IMG/VR virus record: IMGVR_UViG_3300049491_001102
Span: 32,001 to 96,000 of that record
Length of the DNA stretch: 64,000 bases
Source of the DNA: a virus
Direction: 5' to 3' (one strand)
The notes under the pieces are model-generated. The model made no database searches. It was given only the letters and a program-made list of their open reading frames with translations, and was not told where the DNA came from. Both the position numbers and the translations under genes were made by a program. Below, one piece after another: positions 55,205 to 63,525 of this stretch (position 1 is the first letter of the stretch; each line of letters opens with the position of its first letter).

Positions 55205-55769
55205 CTGATGTGTCCTTCCGCATTTTCCGGATAATACGTTCGAAGTCAACGGGCTGAAATCGTGGTGGCTTCCTGAAACTACCACGTTCATCCACGTACG
55301 GCCTGTTATTGTTTTCCTTCAACAGTCCGTACTGGGGATCGACCTTCGTCATATTTGCTTGGTGGAGAACGCCCCAAAGTTCGTTAATCTGCGCAGCCGT
55401 CATCCCCGTCCGCAGTAAGCCTTGGATAGCCACATAGATCATGTCCAAGAACTCATTGCACACGTTTGCCAAGTCACCACGGTTAAGACCCATAATGACT
55501 TCACGCTGCTCGCTCTTCAACAACAGTAGAACAAGAGCTGTAGCTTTCGGATCTAGTTTTATCGACGTTGGGATCTCCGTCCCCCCAACGCGATGGAATT
55601 CTGCAACGTCTTCGACCATTCCCATGATGTTAAGATCCGAAAATTTCTTGTTAAACGTTGTCCGGCTAATACCGAGACTCTTGGCGGCTATAGACTTGTT
55701 ACCCCCGTTCAGGAGGTATGCCGCTGTCATGAACACCCGTGTTACTGCATCCAGCGATAGGTTTACCAT
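55197..55769 (-). CDS. Fis-type HTH fused to MazG/PRA-PH-like nucleotide pyrophosphatase
   Basis: GGNKSIAAKSLGISRTTFNKK; SEQREV...NEFLDMIYV...LHQANMTK...KPPRFQP. Confidence 0.65.
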   Translation of the reverse strand: MVNLSLDAVTRVFMTAAYLLNGGNKSIAAKSLGISRTTFNKKFSDLNIMGMVEDVAEFHRVGGTEIPTSIKLDPKATALVLLLLKSEQREVIMGLNRGDLANVCNEFLDMIYVAIQGLLRTGMTAAQINELWGVLHQANMTKVDPQYGLLKENNNRPYVDERGSFRKPPRFQPVDFERIIRKMRKDTSDE

Positions 55770-56109
55770 TTTTCTTTAACGGGGCAGCTACGCCCGGTAG
55801 ATACACGAAACTAGTTAGAACCGCGATTTTACGAGCAGCATTTTCACCGAGGTCGATACAGTTAACGTATCCACCTGTTAGCTCTTGTAGCTTAACAGAT
55901 GTCTTTACTGCCCAGCATATGTTGAGTCCACCGACAACGACACCATGAGAGATGTAAACAAACCCGGGGATAAACCCGAGCAATAGACAAAGATCTTCAA
56001 ATTCTGCGTGGTCAGCATGACTTGGCACTGCCCTACATCTGAAGTCCAAATCATCAATGTGGACAGATAATACTTTGGAACTCATCGACGAAACCTTTCT
56101 GGTAGCCAT
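55699..56109 (-). CDS. Hypothetical protein, possibly a degenerate ParB-like domain
   Basis: Co-oriented ORF between the ParB-like and HTH-MazG genes; start uncertain. Confidence 0.35.
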   Translation of the reverse strand: MATRKVSSMSSKVLSVHIDDLDFRCRAVPSHADHAEFEDLCLLLGFIPGFVYISHGVVVGGLNICWAVKTSVKLQELTGGYVNCIDLGENAARKIAVLTSFVYLPGVAAPLKKNGKPIAGCSNTGVHDSGIPPERG

Positions 56110-56564
56110 TTCACATAATCCTCTGTTTGTTTTGGACTTCTCACACTGTCACCGAGCAACCCACTTAGTTCGTAGTCCGACCATCCTGGAATTGAACTGA
56201 ACTTAGATTGTGCCCTATGTATTAAGGTCTCAATGTGTCGGTTGCTATACGACGACATCCGTCCTATTTGATTGTCCGCAAGAATCATCGATGCCGCTGT
56301 TTCTTCGTCGACATCTGCGAAAATGCACGCGATCGTATCATACGACGCCCGTTGCATCGCCACGAACAGACCCGTACCCAGAATGATCACTCGGGTTGAA
56401 GTTCGCGCAACAACTGGTCGGTACTGCCCAAACATAGAAATCGAAGCTTGCAGGGCCGCGATTGACCGGTTGGTGTGTAAAACTGGGGTATTTTCATTGA
56501 TCCGCAGGCTTGCGACGGGCACCCCCAGCCCGCGAAGTGCCGCCAGGATGTGCAGGTCCCCCAC
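56082..56564 (-). CDS. ParB/Srx-like N-terminal domain protein
   Basis: VPVASLR...LQASISMFGQYRPVV...IILGTG...MILADN; GTG 56564 lies 6 nt after -10 TACGTT (with TTGCGG -35 at 17 nt). Confidence 0.7.
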   Translation of the reverse strand: MGDLHILAALRGLGVPVASLRINENTPVLHTNRSIAALQASISMFGQYRPVVARTSTRVIILGTGLFVAMQRASYDTIACIFADVDEETAASMILADNQIGRMSSYSNRHIETLIHRAQSKFSSIPGWSDYELSGLLGDSVRSPKQTEDYVKWLPERFRR

Positions 56565-56612
56565 GCCAAAAACGTACAGTTTCTGGACACTTTCCGCAAG
56601 CCTGGCGGCAAT

Positions 56613-56637
56613 AAAAAAGGCACCAATTGGTGCCTTT
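56613..56637 (-). terminator. Intrinsic terminator
   Basis: AAAGGCACC-AATT-GGTGCCTTT-TTT. Confidence 0.85.
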
Positions 56638-56659
56638 ACCGCTTGCAAACGGTATGTCT

Positions 56660-57121
56660 TTAACCTTGATTAAAGATGCGCCAAACAGTTCCTACTAGCC
56701 GGAACAAAGCATAACCTCGCCCATTACTCGTACCACCGATGGTGGTGGACGCCCCGGCGGCTCCAACCTCAGCAAACCCAGAATACGCTTCAATAGTCGT
56801 TCCTGCACCAGCTGTGATTGTAAGCAAGTTTGCACTATCTGCAATGTTCTTAAACATGATTACATCACCGCTAGTGGCTGTAGGAAGGGTTACCCCGATC
56901 GCACCGCCAGTAGTGTCCACGATGTAGGTATTCCCCACCGCGGGTGTGAACGTAGCCGTGTGAGCAGTCGCCGACTCCAACGGGGGGCCGCCGAGGGCGG
57001 CAAGGCCAACCAACTCGGTGCGGAGGTCATTGAGAATCGATGCGAGCGCAGCCGCGTCCTTTTCAGTCAGATGCGCGCCGCCAGAGAAATAGTCGGATTT
57101 GAGCGGGAATGAAGTTGCCAT
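56660..57121 (-). CDS. Head-fibre-like structural protein
   Basis: Short coiled coil then TFTPAVGNTYIVDTTGGAIGVTLP..TSGDVIMFK (T4 gp9/gp10-like fibre module). Confidence 0.55.
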   Translation of the reverse strand: MATSFPLKSDYFSGGAHLTEKDAAALASILNDLRTELVGLAALGGPPLESATAHTATFTPAVGNTYIVDTTGGAIGVTLPTATSGDVIMFKNIADSANLLTITAGAGTTIEAYSGFAEVGAAGASTTIGGTSNGRGYALFRLVGTVWRIFNQG

Positions 57122-57143
57122 GGTGTACCTAACGGATCTCGGG

Positions 57144-57761
57144 TTAACGACTCAAAGTTAGCGCCTGCTCGGGAGTATACCCGCGACGTCGGCGGCCTTC
57201 ATACGTTGAACGAGGTATTTGTAACACGCGAAGCCAATAACTTGTAGCGCGAGTTTCACCGTTCAATGTGATCAATCTTGTTGTCCTTCTGTTTTCAGCT
57301 TGCTGTTGCTTCGTGGCCCAGCGACAGTTTGTAGGAGAATAATTCCCATTATTGTCTACTCTTTCAATAGAATAGCCAGTATCTGGTTTTCTTCCCATAT
57401 CTGCTAAAAAATTTGAGTAAACGAGCCAGGACTCACAGATTTTTATTCCTCGCCCTCCGTACCGCGGATAATCTCTAGATGAAGGGTTATTACACCTGTC
57501 AAGTATATGCGACCACGATCGGTATTCACTCGTATGTTTACCCTTGCGGCTATCCCCGTGGGTTAACAACTTATTCCCACAAAGTTCACTGTGTTTGCAT
57601 CCACAGCTTCTTGTGTTCCCCGTTGTTAAACTAGACCTTCTGATATTCAGTACACGACCGCAAGCACAAACACACTTGCAAGCCTTACGACCGTCATTGC
57701 TTGGCGCTTCATTTTCAAGAACCGTGAAAAACCCAAAAGTTTGCCCGACCAAATCACGCAT
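57144..57761 (-). CDS. Free-standing HNH homing endonuclease
   Basis: DLVGQTFG...CVCACG...SCGC...RC.NP...YGGRGIKIC...SIERVDNNGNYSPTNCRWAT..QQAEN. Confidence 0.88.
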   Translation of the reverse strand: MRDLVGQTFGFFTVLENEAPSNDGRKACKCVCACGRVLNIRRSSLTTGNTRSCGCKHSELCGNKLLTHGDSRKGKHTSEYRSWSHILDRCNNPSSRDYPRYGGRGIKICESWLVYSNFLADMGRKPDTGYSIERVDNNGNYSPTNCRWATKQQQAENRRTTRLITLNGETRATSYWLRVLQIPRSTYEGRRRRGYTPEQALTLSR

Positions 57762-57767
57762 ACGATG

Positions 57768-57795
57768 AGGTTACTGTCCTATGGCTTTTTGTCAA
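57768..57795 (-). promoter_or_regulatory. Sigma70-like promoter, leaderless, for the HNH gene
   Basis: TTGACA-16nt-TAACCT-6nt-ATG. Confidence 0.65.
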
Positions 57796-57797
57796 GG

Positions 57798-60395
57798 TCA
57801 GATGATAGTCAACCGACTTGGCTGTCTGCTCTTGGCCCGTTCTAACCTTGAGGCACCAAGTTGTGCCAACCATAGAGCGATTAGCCGGTCACCAGTGTGC
57901 TGGCGTCCTTCTGGAGAATAAGCCAACATTTCATCAATCAACTCAGCTACTGAGTCTTGGTGCGGCTTTAATCCTTTAGAAGGAATAATCCATTTCTTAT
58001 TTGCAAACTCAGCGGCCAAGACTTCAATGCCTGTGAGTGGGTCTGCTTTCCCATTTCCAGTCGTGTACGGATAGACTGGTATTGCGGTATGCCCTTGCAA
58101 AAGCTGAACAATGTAGTCTTGACCGCCATTGTTCTCGACCATGAACAATCCACCGTACCGAGAGTGTACGTCGCGGATGTTCTTTACTATGTCATCTACT
58201 TGCCACAAACCGCCCTGAATGTTTAATAGGAACCGCTTGAAGGTTTTCCTATTAACTGCGACAGTTGCAAGTTGTGTTGTGTCTGTTGCTTTTCCTGTTG
58301 AAAGGTCAACACCGGTGATGACATCGTACCCTAGCTGTGGTGAATACTCTGCCCCTGTTATAGCTATACGAACTAATTCCGCAAGCTCCTCCATGGGCAT
58401 GTCTTCGCAATCCCAGCCCATGAACTCCACCATTGAGCTGCAGTACGGAACGAAGTCGCCGGAACGCAATGCTGTGTCAATCCAGGATTGGCGGAATGAT
58501 GACATAGAGTCATCACGAACCGTGCAGTAAAGCTGCCGAGCACATTCGTACGGGTGCTGTGCATCCAAGTCCGCTTTTTTCGTGGCGATGCGGGCTTCGG
58601 TGTAAACCTCTGGCCAACTAAGATCACCGACTCTTCGACCCCACCCGCCGCGACTTACCGGCTTTCGAATCTCGGGGAACGTCGCGATCATCTCTTTGGT
58701 GATCTTCACGGGGAAGCGATACGTGGGCCAACCGCCTCGTTCGAGGCGGTGGTAAAGGTCGTCATTGTGCCAAGCATTGCCGAGGAAGTAGACCCACGCC
58801 TCTTCGGTAAGCCGCGAGATCAACTCCTGGTGAAACCACTCGTCCGCCTCGTCGCGCTTCTTCTTGGTGTTGGTGTTCACCGAGTCCAGAAAGTCGTCGA
58901 GAATGATGCCGTCCAGGCGCGCGCCCGAAACCGCCTTGCGGAACCCCACCGCTTGAACGGAGGGCTCCACAATCTCGCCGTCACGCTCCACGGAGAATCC
59001 AAATTTCTCTGACCACAAGTTCCCTGGGCGCAAACCGGGAAACACCGCTGGCACATCTTGGGACCGGGCAATGTAGCCCATTTGCGTGCGCACGATCTTC
59101 ACGGCCTGCTCGTGCGTTTTACTCACGATGGCCATGCGCATTCGTGGGTTCTTTCCCAACTCGTGGAGAGGAACCCCTACGGAAAACTGCTGCGTGTTGT
59201 GGGTAACCACGTAGTTTCGGCCCGCCAAATACGAATGCGTGGGCGCGTCAACGGTGATGCAGCGAACTGACGTTGGTTCCGCAGCGGTAATTCGCGTGAT
59301 AACCCGAACTTCCGGACCAATAGGTTCGAAGTCTTTGCGGAATAGGTTTTTCTTCGCCTTACATTGGAATGGGTTTTTCTCAACTTTATAAGACAAAACG
59401 CATTTTCCAGCGAAACGTCCTTCATTCGGTTGTGTCATCACAACAAGATGACCCAACGATCGAATGAGCTCTAACATTGGCCAGGCTAAATCTGGAGTCA
59501 ATGGAAGGTGGACTTTATTCACACCCCCCACAAAATCTATTGACCCCATCGAATCGCATAACCCATTAAGTAGGTCTTCGCGCTGGTCTACACTGGAAAT
59601 GCAATATCTCTCCGGAACATTCTTGCGCCCGAGTATTCCTAGGTCTCTCAACCTTGTATTTAGCTTTTCTTTACCGATAGCAGCTACAAACTGTGATTTA
59701 ATCGTTGAATCAGATATAGATATCTTGCTTACGCTACCATCCAAATCGCAAGCTTTAGAAAGCATGTCAGATTGAGATAACGGACATGTGAATACAGCCC
59801 CGTCTTTATTGCCACAACCCAACCAAACACCTAAAGTGTACGGATGAATCGGCAAATCAATCGGGGCATACGCAACCGCACCACCAACTGGGATGGACCA
59901 TCTACTCGGATCAAATCCTGCGACCAAATCGGCAGTTGTTAACGTTTGAAGCTCGTCGTCAAAACCGTCGTGTACCAGCCAACGATGGTCAGCATCTGCT
60001 TCAATTTCTGTCCTATCGTGGAATTGAACACGATAGACTAGTTTATCGTGTTCAATTGGGCTCAGTGCTGTTACATGGCACTGAGCCCCAAACATATCGA
60101 ATACTACGTCTCCAATATTCAGTTCGCGAAGAATCGTCCAACCTACAGATGTCGGAATCTGCGTCGTCAGTGGCAACGCTTTGCCGGCCTCAACATGGCC
60201 GATGATCACTGCTCGTTTATGTCGCCGCCGAATTTCTGTCCACAGCTCGTGCGCCATCCCTTGTTGGATTGGCTTACCCGTTCGCTGATCCTTGAGAATG
60301 AATTCCGCAAATTCGTTGTAGTCTGTCTGCGCTAGCGCAATCTTGCTTTGGCGAATCCTGGCCGCTTCCGCAATGATGTCTTCTGCCGAGCTCAC
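57798..60395 (-). CDS. terL: Terminase large subunit (intein-containing)
   Basis: Spliced Walker A GHVEAGK|T, SGARLDGIILDD Walker B, GNAWHNDDL, nuclease ITGVDLS, VENNGGQ, HTGDRLIA. Confidence 0.93.
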   Translation of the reverse strand: MSSAEDIIAEAARIRQSKIALAQTDYNEFAEFILKDQRTGKPIQQGMAHELWTEIRRRHKRAVIIGHVEAGKALPLTTQIPTSVGWTILRELNIGDVVFDMFGAQCHVTALSPIEHDKLVYRVQFHDRTEIEADADHRWLVHDGFDDELQTLTTADLVAGFDPSRWSIPVGGAVAYAPIDLPIHPYTLGVWLGCGNKDGAVFTCPLSQSDMLSKACDLDGSVSKISISDSTIKSQFVAAIGKEKLNTRLRDLGILGRKNVPERYCISSVDQREDLLNGLCDSMGSIDFVGGVNKVHLPLTPDLAWPMLELIRSLGHLVVMTQPNEGRFAGKCVLSYKVEKNPFQCKAKKNLFRKDFEPIGPEVRVITRITAAEPTSVRCITVDAPTHSYLAGRNYVVTHNTQQFSVGVPLHELGKNPRMRMAIVSKTHEQAVKIVRTQMGYIARSQDVPAVFPGLRPGNLWSEKFGFSVERDGEIVEPSVQAVGFRKAVSGARLDGIILDDFLDSVNTNTKKKRDEADEWFHQELISRLTEEAWVYFLGNAWHNDDLYHRLERGGWPTYRFPVKITKEMIATFPEIRKPVSRGGWGRRVGDLSWPEVYTEARIATKKADLDAQHPYECARQLYCTVRDDSMSSFRQSWIDTALRSGDFVPYCSSMVEFMGWDCEDMPMEELAELVRIAITGAEYSPQLGYDVITGVDLSTGKATDTTQLATVAVNRKTFKRFLLNIQGGLWQVDDIVKNIRDVHSRYGGLFMVENNGGQDYIVQLLQGHTAIPVYPYTTGNGKADPLTGIEVLAAEFANKKWIIPSKGLKPHQDSVAELIDEMLAYSPEGRQHTGDRLIALWLAQLGASRLERAKSRQPSRLTII
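59196..60179 (-). mobile_element. Intein (328 aa, class-3-like) in the terminase P-loop
   Basis: ALPLTTQIPT start, ADADHRW block B, VRCITV block F, VVTHN|T end; LAGLIDADG-like remnants. Confidence 0.92.
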
Positions 60396-60422
60396 CGCAG
60401 AACTGTACCATAGTTGGTCAGT

Positions 60423-60662
60423 TCATTCGGCCCACTCGAATACCACGTGCCCTTTATACCGGAGAACAAGAGGTCCTGCTGTTTCAATCCACACTGCAGG
60501 GTCTGCACTCGGGTCGGATATAACTTGAGACGGCCCGTTAATTGAAACGGCATCTCCTAAGCTAACACGACCATCGTCATCTGTTACGGTAACAGTCGGA
60601 AGATGAAGTCCAGACCGTTTGTTGTTCTCAATGGCGGCTCTGAGCACGTGTACTCGAATCAT
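60423..60662 (-). CDS. Small conserved-type phage protein
   Basis: RVHV...N.R.G...PTVTV...VSINGPS...VWIET motif. Confidence 0.65.
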   Translation of the reverse strand: MIRVHVLRAAIENNKRSGLHLPTVTVTDDDGRVSLGDAVSINGPSQVISDPSADPAVWIETAGPLVLRYKGHVVFEWAE

Positions 60663-60892
60663 GTCCTTTGTCCTCGTCGGATCGCCGTGGCCTTTGATTC
60701 TAGGTCTCCGGCAATCGTGAGTGAAACTTCTCTAGCGCTTCCACAATCTGGAGAGCACACCGACTCCCATTCTCTGGGATGATTATCGTCGGTTACTTTC
60801 CACATGTCATTTCCAGCACTGATGACTGAGAAGCATGATTTGCAGAGGCCGAAGCTTTCACATGTGAATGGTCCACTAATCTCGATTGCCAT
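60659..60892 (-). CDS. Small Zn-finger protein
   Basis: CKSC...CSPDC; SD AAGAGGG. Confidence 0.55.
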   Translation of the reverse strand: MAIEISGPFTCESFGLCKSCFSVISAGNDMWKVTDDNHPREWESVCSPDCGSAREVSLTIAGDLESKATAIRRGQRT

Positions 60893-60939
60893 GTCTGTAT
60901 TCCCTCTTAGTCCCGTTCAACATTACACAGACATTACAC

Positions 60940-61848
60940 TTAACTATGTTCTATCGCTGTATCTGGCTCTTCCAATTCATGGAGATCCGCAATTTCTTTT
61001 GCTTCCAAAACGCGCGGTGCAAGCTTGGCCAGGATTGACGCTACCACTTCGGGCGGTGTGGTGGCCTGCGCCGTCGCGGGTAACCATTGGTCCACAAGAA
61101 TGCGGCGCAGGTAACCCATTTCCAGACGGTTGAACTTACCACCATACATCGATGGGTGATTGTCCATAAACGCGGCACATGCCGTGGGTGCTACGGTTTC
61201 GGCGAGGGCGAACAATGTGTGAGCGTACTCACGGATCTCTTTGAGTGCAGCTTGGTCTCGTCGTAACCCACAAAAATGCAAAAAGTTGTGTAGATCAATT
61301 TTCCACACAAAATTCGTGTAGAGGTTAACGGGCAAGCAAATCCTTGCTTGTTCGCGCGTCATCCCATTCGCTAAAGCTTCTTGATACAACTCGTAGGCAA
61401 GTTGTGAGAAGGCTAAATACTTCTGCCGATACATCTTGTTCATATCTACAGGAAGTGGGTCACCACTTCCTTGTCGATTAACAATCGATTGCACGCGGAA
61501 CTCGTCTGGAATGAAGAAGTCGTCGGGTAACTCTGAGTAACGGCCGCTCAACTCGTTGATACTCGCCGTACGGTGTCGAAACCACTCCCGAACGACGAAA
61601 AGTGGTGCAGACACGAAGAACTTCAACTCTACCATCTCAAACGGGGATGTGTGCCGATCCTCGTACAAGCGCCGCGTCAACCTCTCATCTGATGATTTCT
61701 TGGTTGTTCCTTTCTGGTACGACCTCCGGGCATCCCCGGCTACCGTTGCATCGTTGCCCATGTAATCGACGAGAGCAACAAAACCCTTGTCTAATACTCT
61801 GTACCGTCTATTTAGAATTTTCTCGGCTGCTGGTGCTTCTGGTCTCAT
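60940..61848 (-). CDS. thyX: FAD-dependent thymidylate synthase
   Basis: HTSPFEMV, REWFRHRTASINELSGRY signature, REQAR..LP, DLHNFLHF..LR, EIR. Confidence 0.96.
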   Translation of the reverse strand: MRPEAPAAEKILNRRYRVLDKGFVALVDYMGNDATVAGDARRSYQKGTTKKSSDERLTRRLYEDRHTSPFEMVELKFFVSAPLFVVREWFRHRTASINELSGRYSELPDDFFIPDEFRVQSIVNRQGSGDPLPVDMNKMYRQKYLAFSQLAYELYQEALANGMTREQARICLPVNLYTNFVWKIDLHNFLHFCGLRRDQAALKEIREYAHTLFALAETVAPTACAAFMDNHPSMYGGKFNRLEMGYLRRILVDQWLPATAQATTPPEVVASILAKLAPRVLEAKEIADLHELEEPDTAIEHS

Positions 61849-62038
61849 AACATGCCTTACAAATAGCTTTATGCTCGTAGTCTGTGTGGTGGAAGTAAAA
61901 ATCAACAAACTCGTCTGCACCACATACTTCGCATTTCCGCATCCCATACAGTTTTGCCACAACTGCAGGAATTGGAACCGGACCAGCTAGAATAACTGGC
62001 CGCGCAAAGTACATAGTTGACGAAGAGGTTCGGCACAT
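61808..62038 (-). CDS. Small Zn-finger protein
   Basis: CEVC...HHTDY...CKAC. Confidence 0.5.
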   Translation of the reverse strand: MCRTSSSTMYFARPVILAGPVPIPAVVAKLYGMRKCEVCGADEFVDFYFHHTDYEHKAICKACYETRSTSSRENSK

Positions 62039-62047
62039 GCGCCCAAG

Positions 62048-62509
62048 TTAGCCGCGGCGCAAACGAAGGTCAAAAGAGGAAGAATCCGTAATGTACCGGT
62101 AGACCCAAGGTTTGGCGCTAATGATTGTCGCTTGCACTGGGTCGAGACCGCCGGAAGTTACACGCAAACAACTCCATTGTTGCGTGTCCATTTCAGTGAC
62201 ATACCCAGACACTCGGCGACTCCAAACGGCGATTGTCGTGCCTTCATCGATGAAGGCGCTCAAACAACACTTTCTGTGGTATACGCCGGGTGGCCCCCAC
62301 TGACCTTCGTATTTGACACAGAGAGTCAGTGGGACGAGTTGGTGTGCGACTAGATCAATCGTGTACGATATCTCTTCGTAACCATTTCCTAGTGCATTAA
62401 GTGTTCTCAGGCGTATTGGGAGAACAATACCGATGTTCGTCGCCTGAAGTTTGATCCCTGGGAATGTCCGAACTTGGCGCTTTTTTGTCGATGGCATCAA
62501 TCTTATCAA
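62048..62509 (-). CDS. Hypothetical protein
   Basis: Co-oriented ORF; start uncertain. Confidence 0.45.
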   Translation of the reverse strand: MIRLMPSTKKRQVRTFPGIKLQATNIGIVLPIRLRTLNALGNGYEEISYTIDLVAHQLVPLTLCVKYEGQWGPPGVYHRKCCLSAFIDEGTTIAVWSRRVSGYVTEMDTQQWSCLRVTSGGLDPVQATIISAKPWVYRYITDSSSFDLRLRRG

Positions 62510-62660
62510 TCCAAGTGATTAAACTTGCCTCAAAATTGCACAGTTCACGAACACGCCCTTCTTGTTGTTCTATTAAAGCATTCCCCGCTGTTATGGCCGT
62601 GCGGGTTTGGGCGAGGACTGAGTTAAGATGATCCAGTGTGATTGTTTTTGGGTCAAACAT
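62397..62660 (-). CDS. Hypothetical coiled-coil protein
   Basis: TAATG-coupled to the upstream ORF. Confidence 0.5.
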   Translation of the reverse strand: MFDPKTITLDHLNSVLAQTRTAITAGNALIEQQEGRVRELCNFEASLITWIDKIDAIDKKAPSSDIPRDQTSGDEHRYCSPNTPENT

Positions 62661-62866
62661 TATGCACGTACTTCTTTCGGATAACGGCCAAAATCGATAG
62701 GTTCTGAAGTTGTGGTCAATATCTTCCCGTTACGATTGACCCGGATGTTCGTCAACGTAATGGGGTTTTCGACGATAAACATCGTCTTAGTAGCCCTGAT
62801 TATCCTGTAGAAAACACCAGAACTATCAACGAGAAACTTTGCACCCTCCGTGGGTCCACGACTCAT
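62660..62866 (-). CDS. Small hypothetical protein
   Basis: IIRATKTMFIV beta-barrel-like motif; coupled. Confidence 0.5.
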   Translation of the reverse strand: MSRGPTEGAKFLVDSSGVFYRIIRATKTMFIVENPITLTNIRVNRNGKILTTTSEPIDFGRYPKEVRA

Positions 62867-63113
62867 TTAGTGCTTCCCGCAAACCTTCTCGTATCAAACG
62901 ACTCTTTTTTGACGTGTCAACTAAGGCCACTGACAATCGAGCACCAATAGCACAATGCACACTATTGTTGCACCAAAACATACATTGGTCATATGTTTCT
63001 TTCTGAAAATTCGCAATGCAAATACGTTTTGGTCTTTTGCATTGCTCATAATTCTCGTCTGGGTTGCCCTTAGTTAGCAAGACAATAAACGATAGTAACC
63101 GAATAAAACCCAC
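62826..63113 (-). CDS. Small Cys-rich protein with hydrophobic N-terminus
   Basis: GTG overlapping the upstream stop; 6 Cys. Confidence 0.4.
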   Translation of the reverse strand: MGFIRLLSFIVLLTKGNPDENYEQCKRPKRICIANFQKETYDQCMFWCNNSVHCAIGARLSVALVDTSKKSRLIREGLREALNESWTHGGCKVSR

Positions 63114-63385
63114 TATTCGCTGTCCTCTTCTCCTTCTTCGTCCTCGTCTTCGTCATCGTCATCGTCATCGTCTTCGTCGTCTCCTTCATCTTCAGCGTCC
63201 CCTTCCTCCTCGTCCTCCTCGCCTTCTTCTTCTCCTTCTTCTTCTCCTTCTTCTTCTCCTTCTTCGTCCTCATCCTCGTCCGCTGCCTCCGCGACCACTT
63301 CTCCCGTTGTTTCGGCGAGGTCCCCATTGCTGGTGACTGGGCTAGTAGATGCGTTATCGATTTTGTTTGATGTAGAGATGTGCAT
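63113..63385 (-). CDS. Extremely acidic small protein
   Basis: SD GAGGA; C-terminal ~55 residues almost entirely D/E/G, encoded by GAN microsatellite-like repeats. Confidence 0.75.
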   Translation of the reverse strand: MHISTSNKIDNASTSPVTSNGDLAETTGEVVAEAADEDEDEEGEEEGEEEGEEEGEEDEEEGDAEDEGDDEDDDDDDDEDEDEEGEEDSE

Positions 63386-63525
63386 GGTTCGTTCCTCTGG
63401 ATCAGTGCGTGTGTACCTATTTTATAGTGTTAGAACAAAAAAGTTCTCGAAAATTAAAGCGTGAATAACGCAAACCCTCGGCTACAACACCAAACTTTTA
63501 TCGCTAAACGCTATAATAGGGAAAG

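Noticed and set aside
63064-63336. Lys-rich (63070..63327 -) and Leu/Pro/Arg-rich (63064..63336 +) ORFs
   Set aside because: Alternative-frame shadows of the GAN repeat; only the acidic frame has a clear SD and coupling to the next gene
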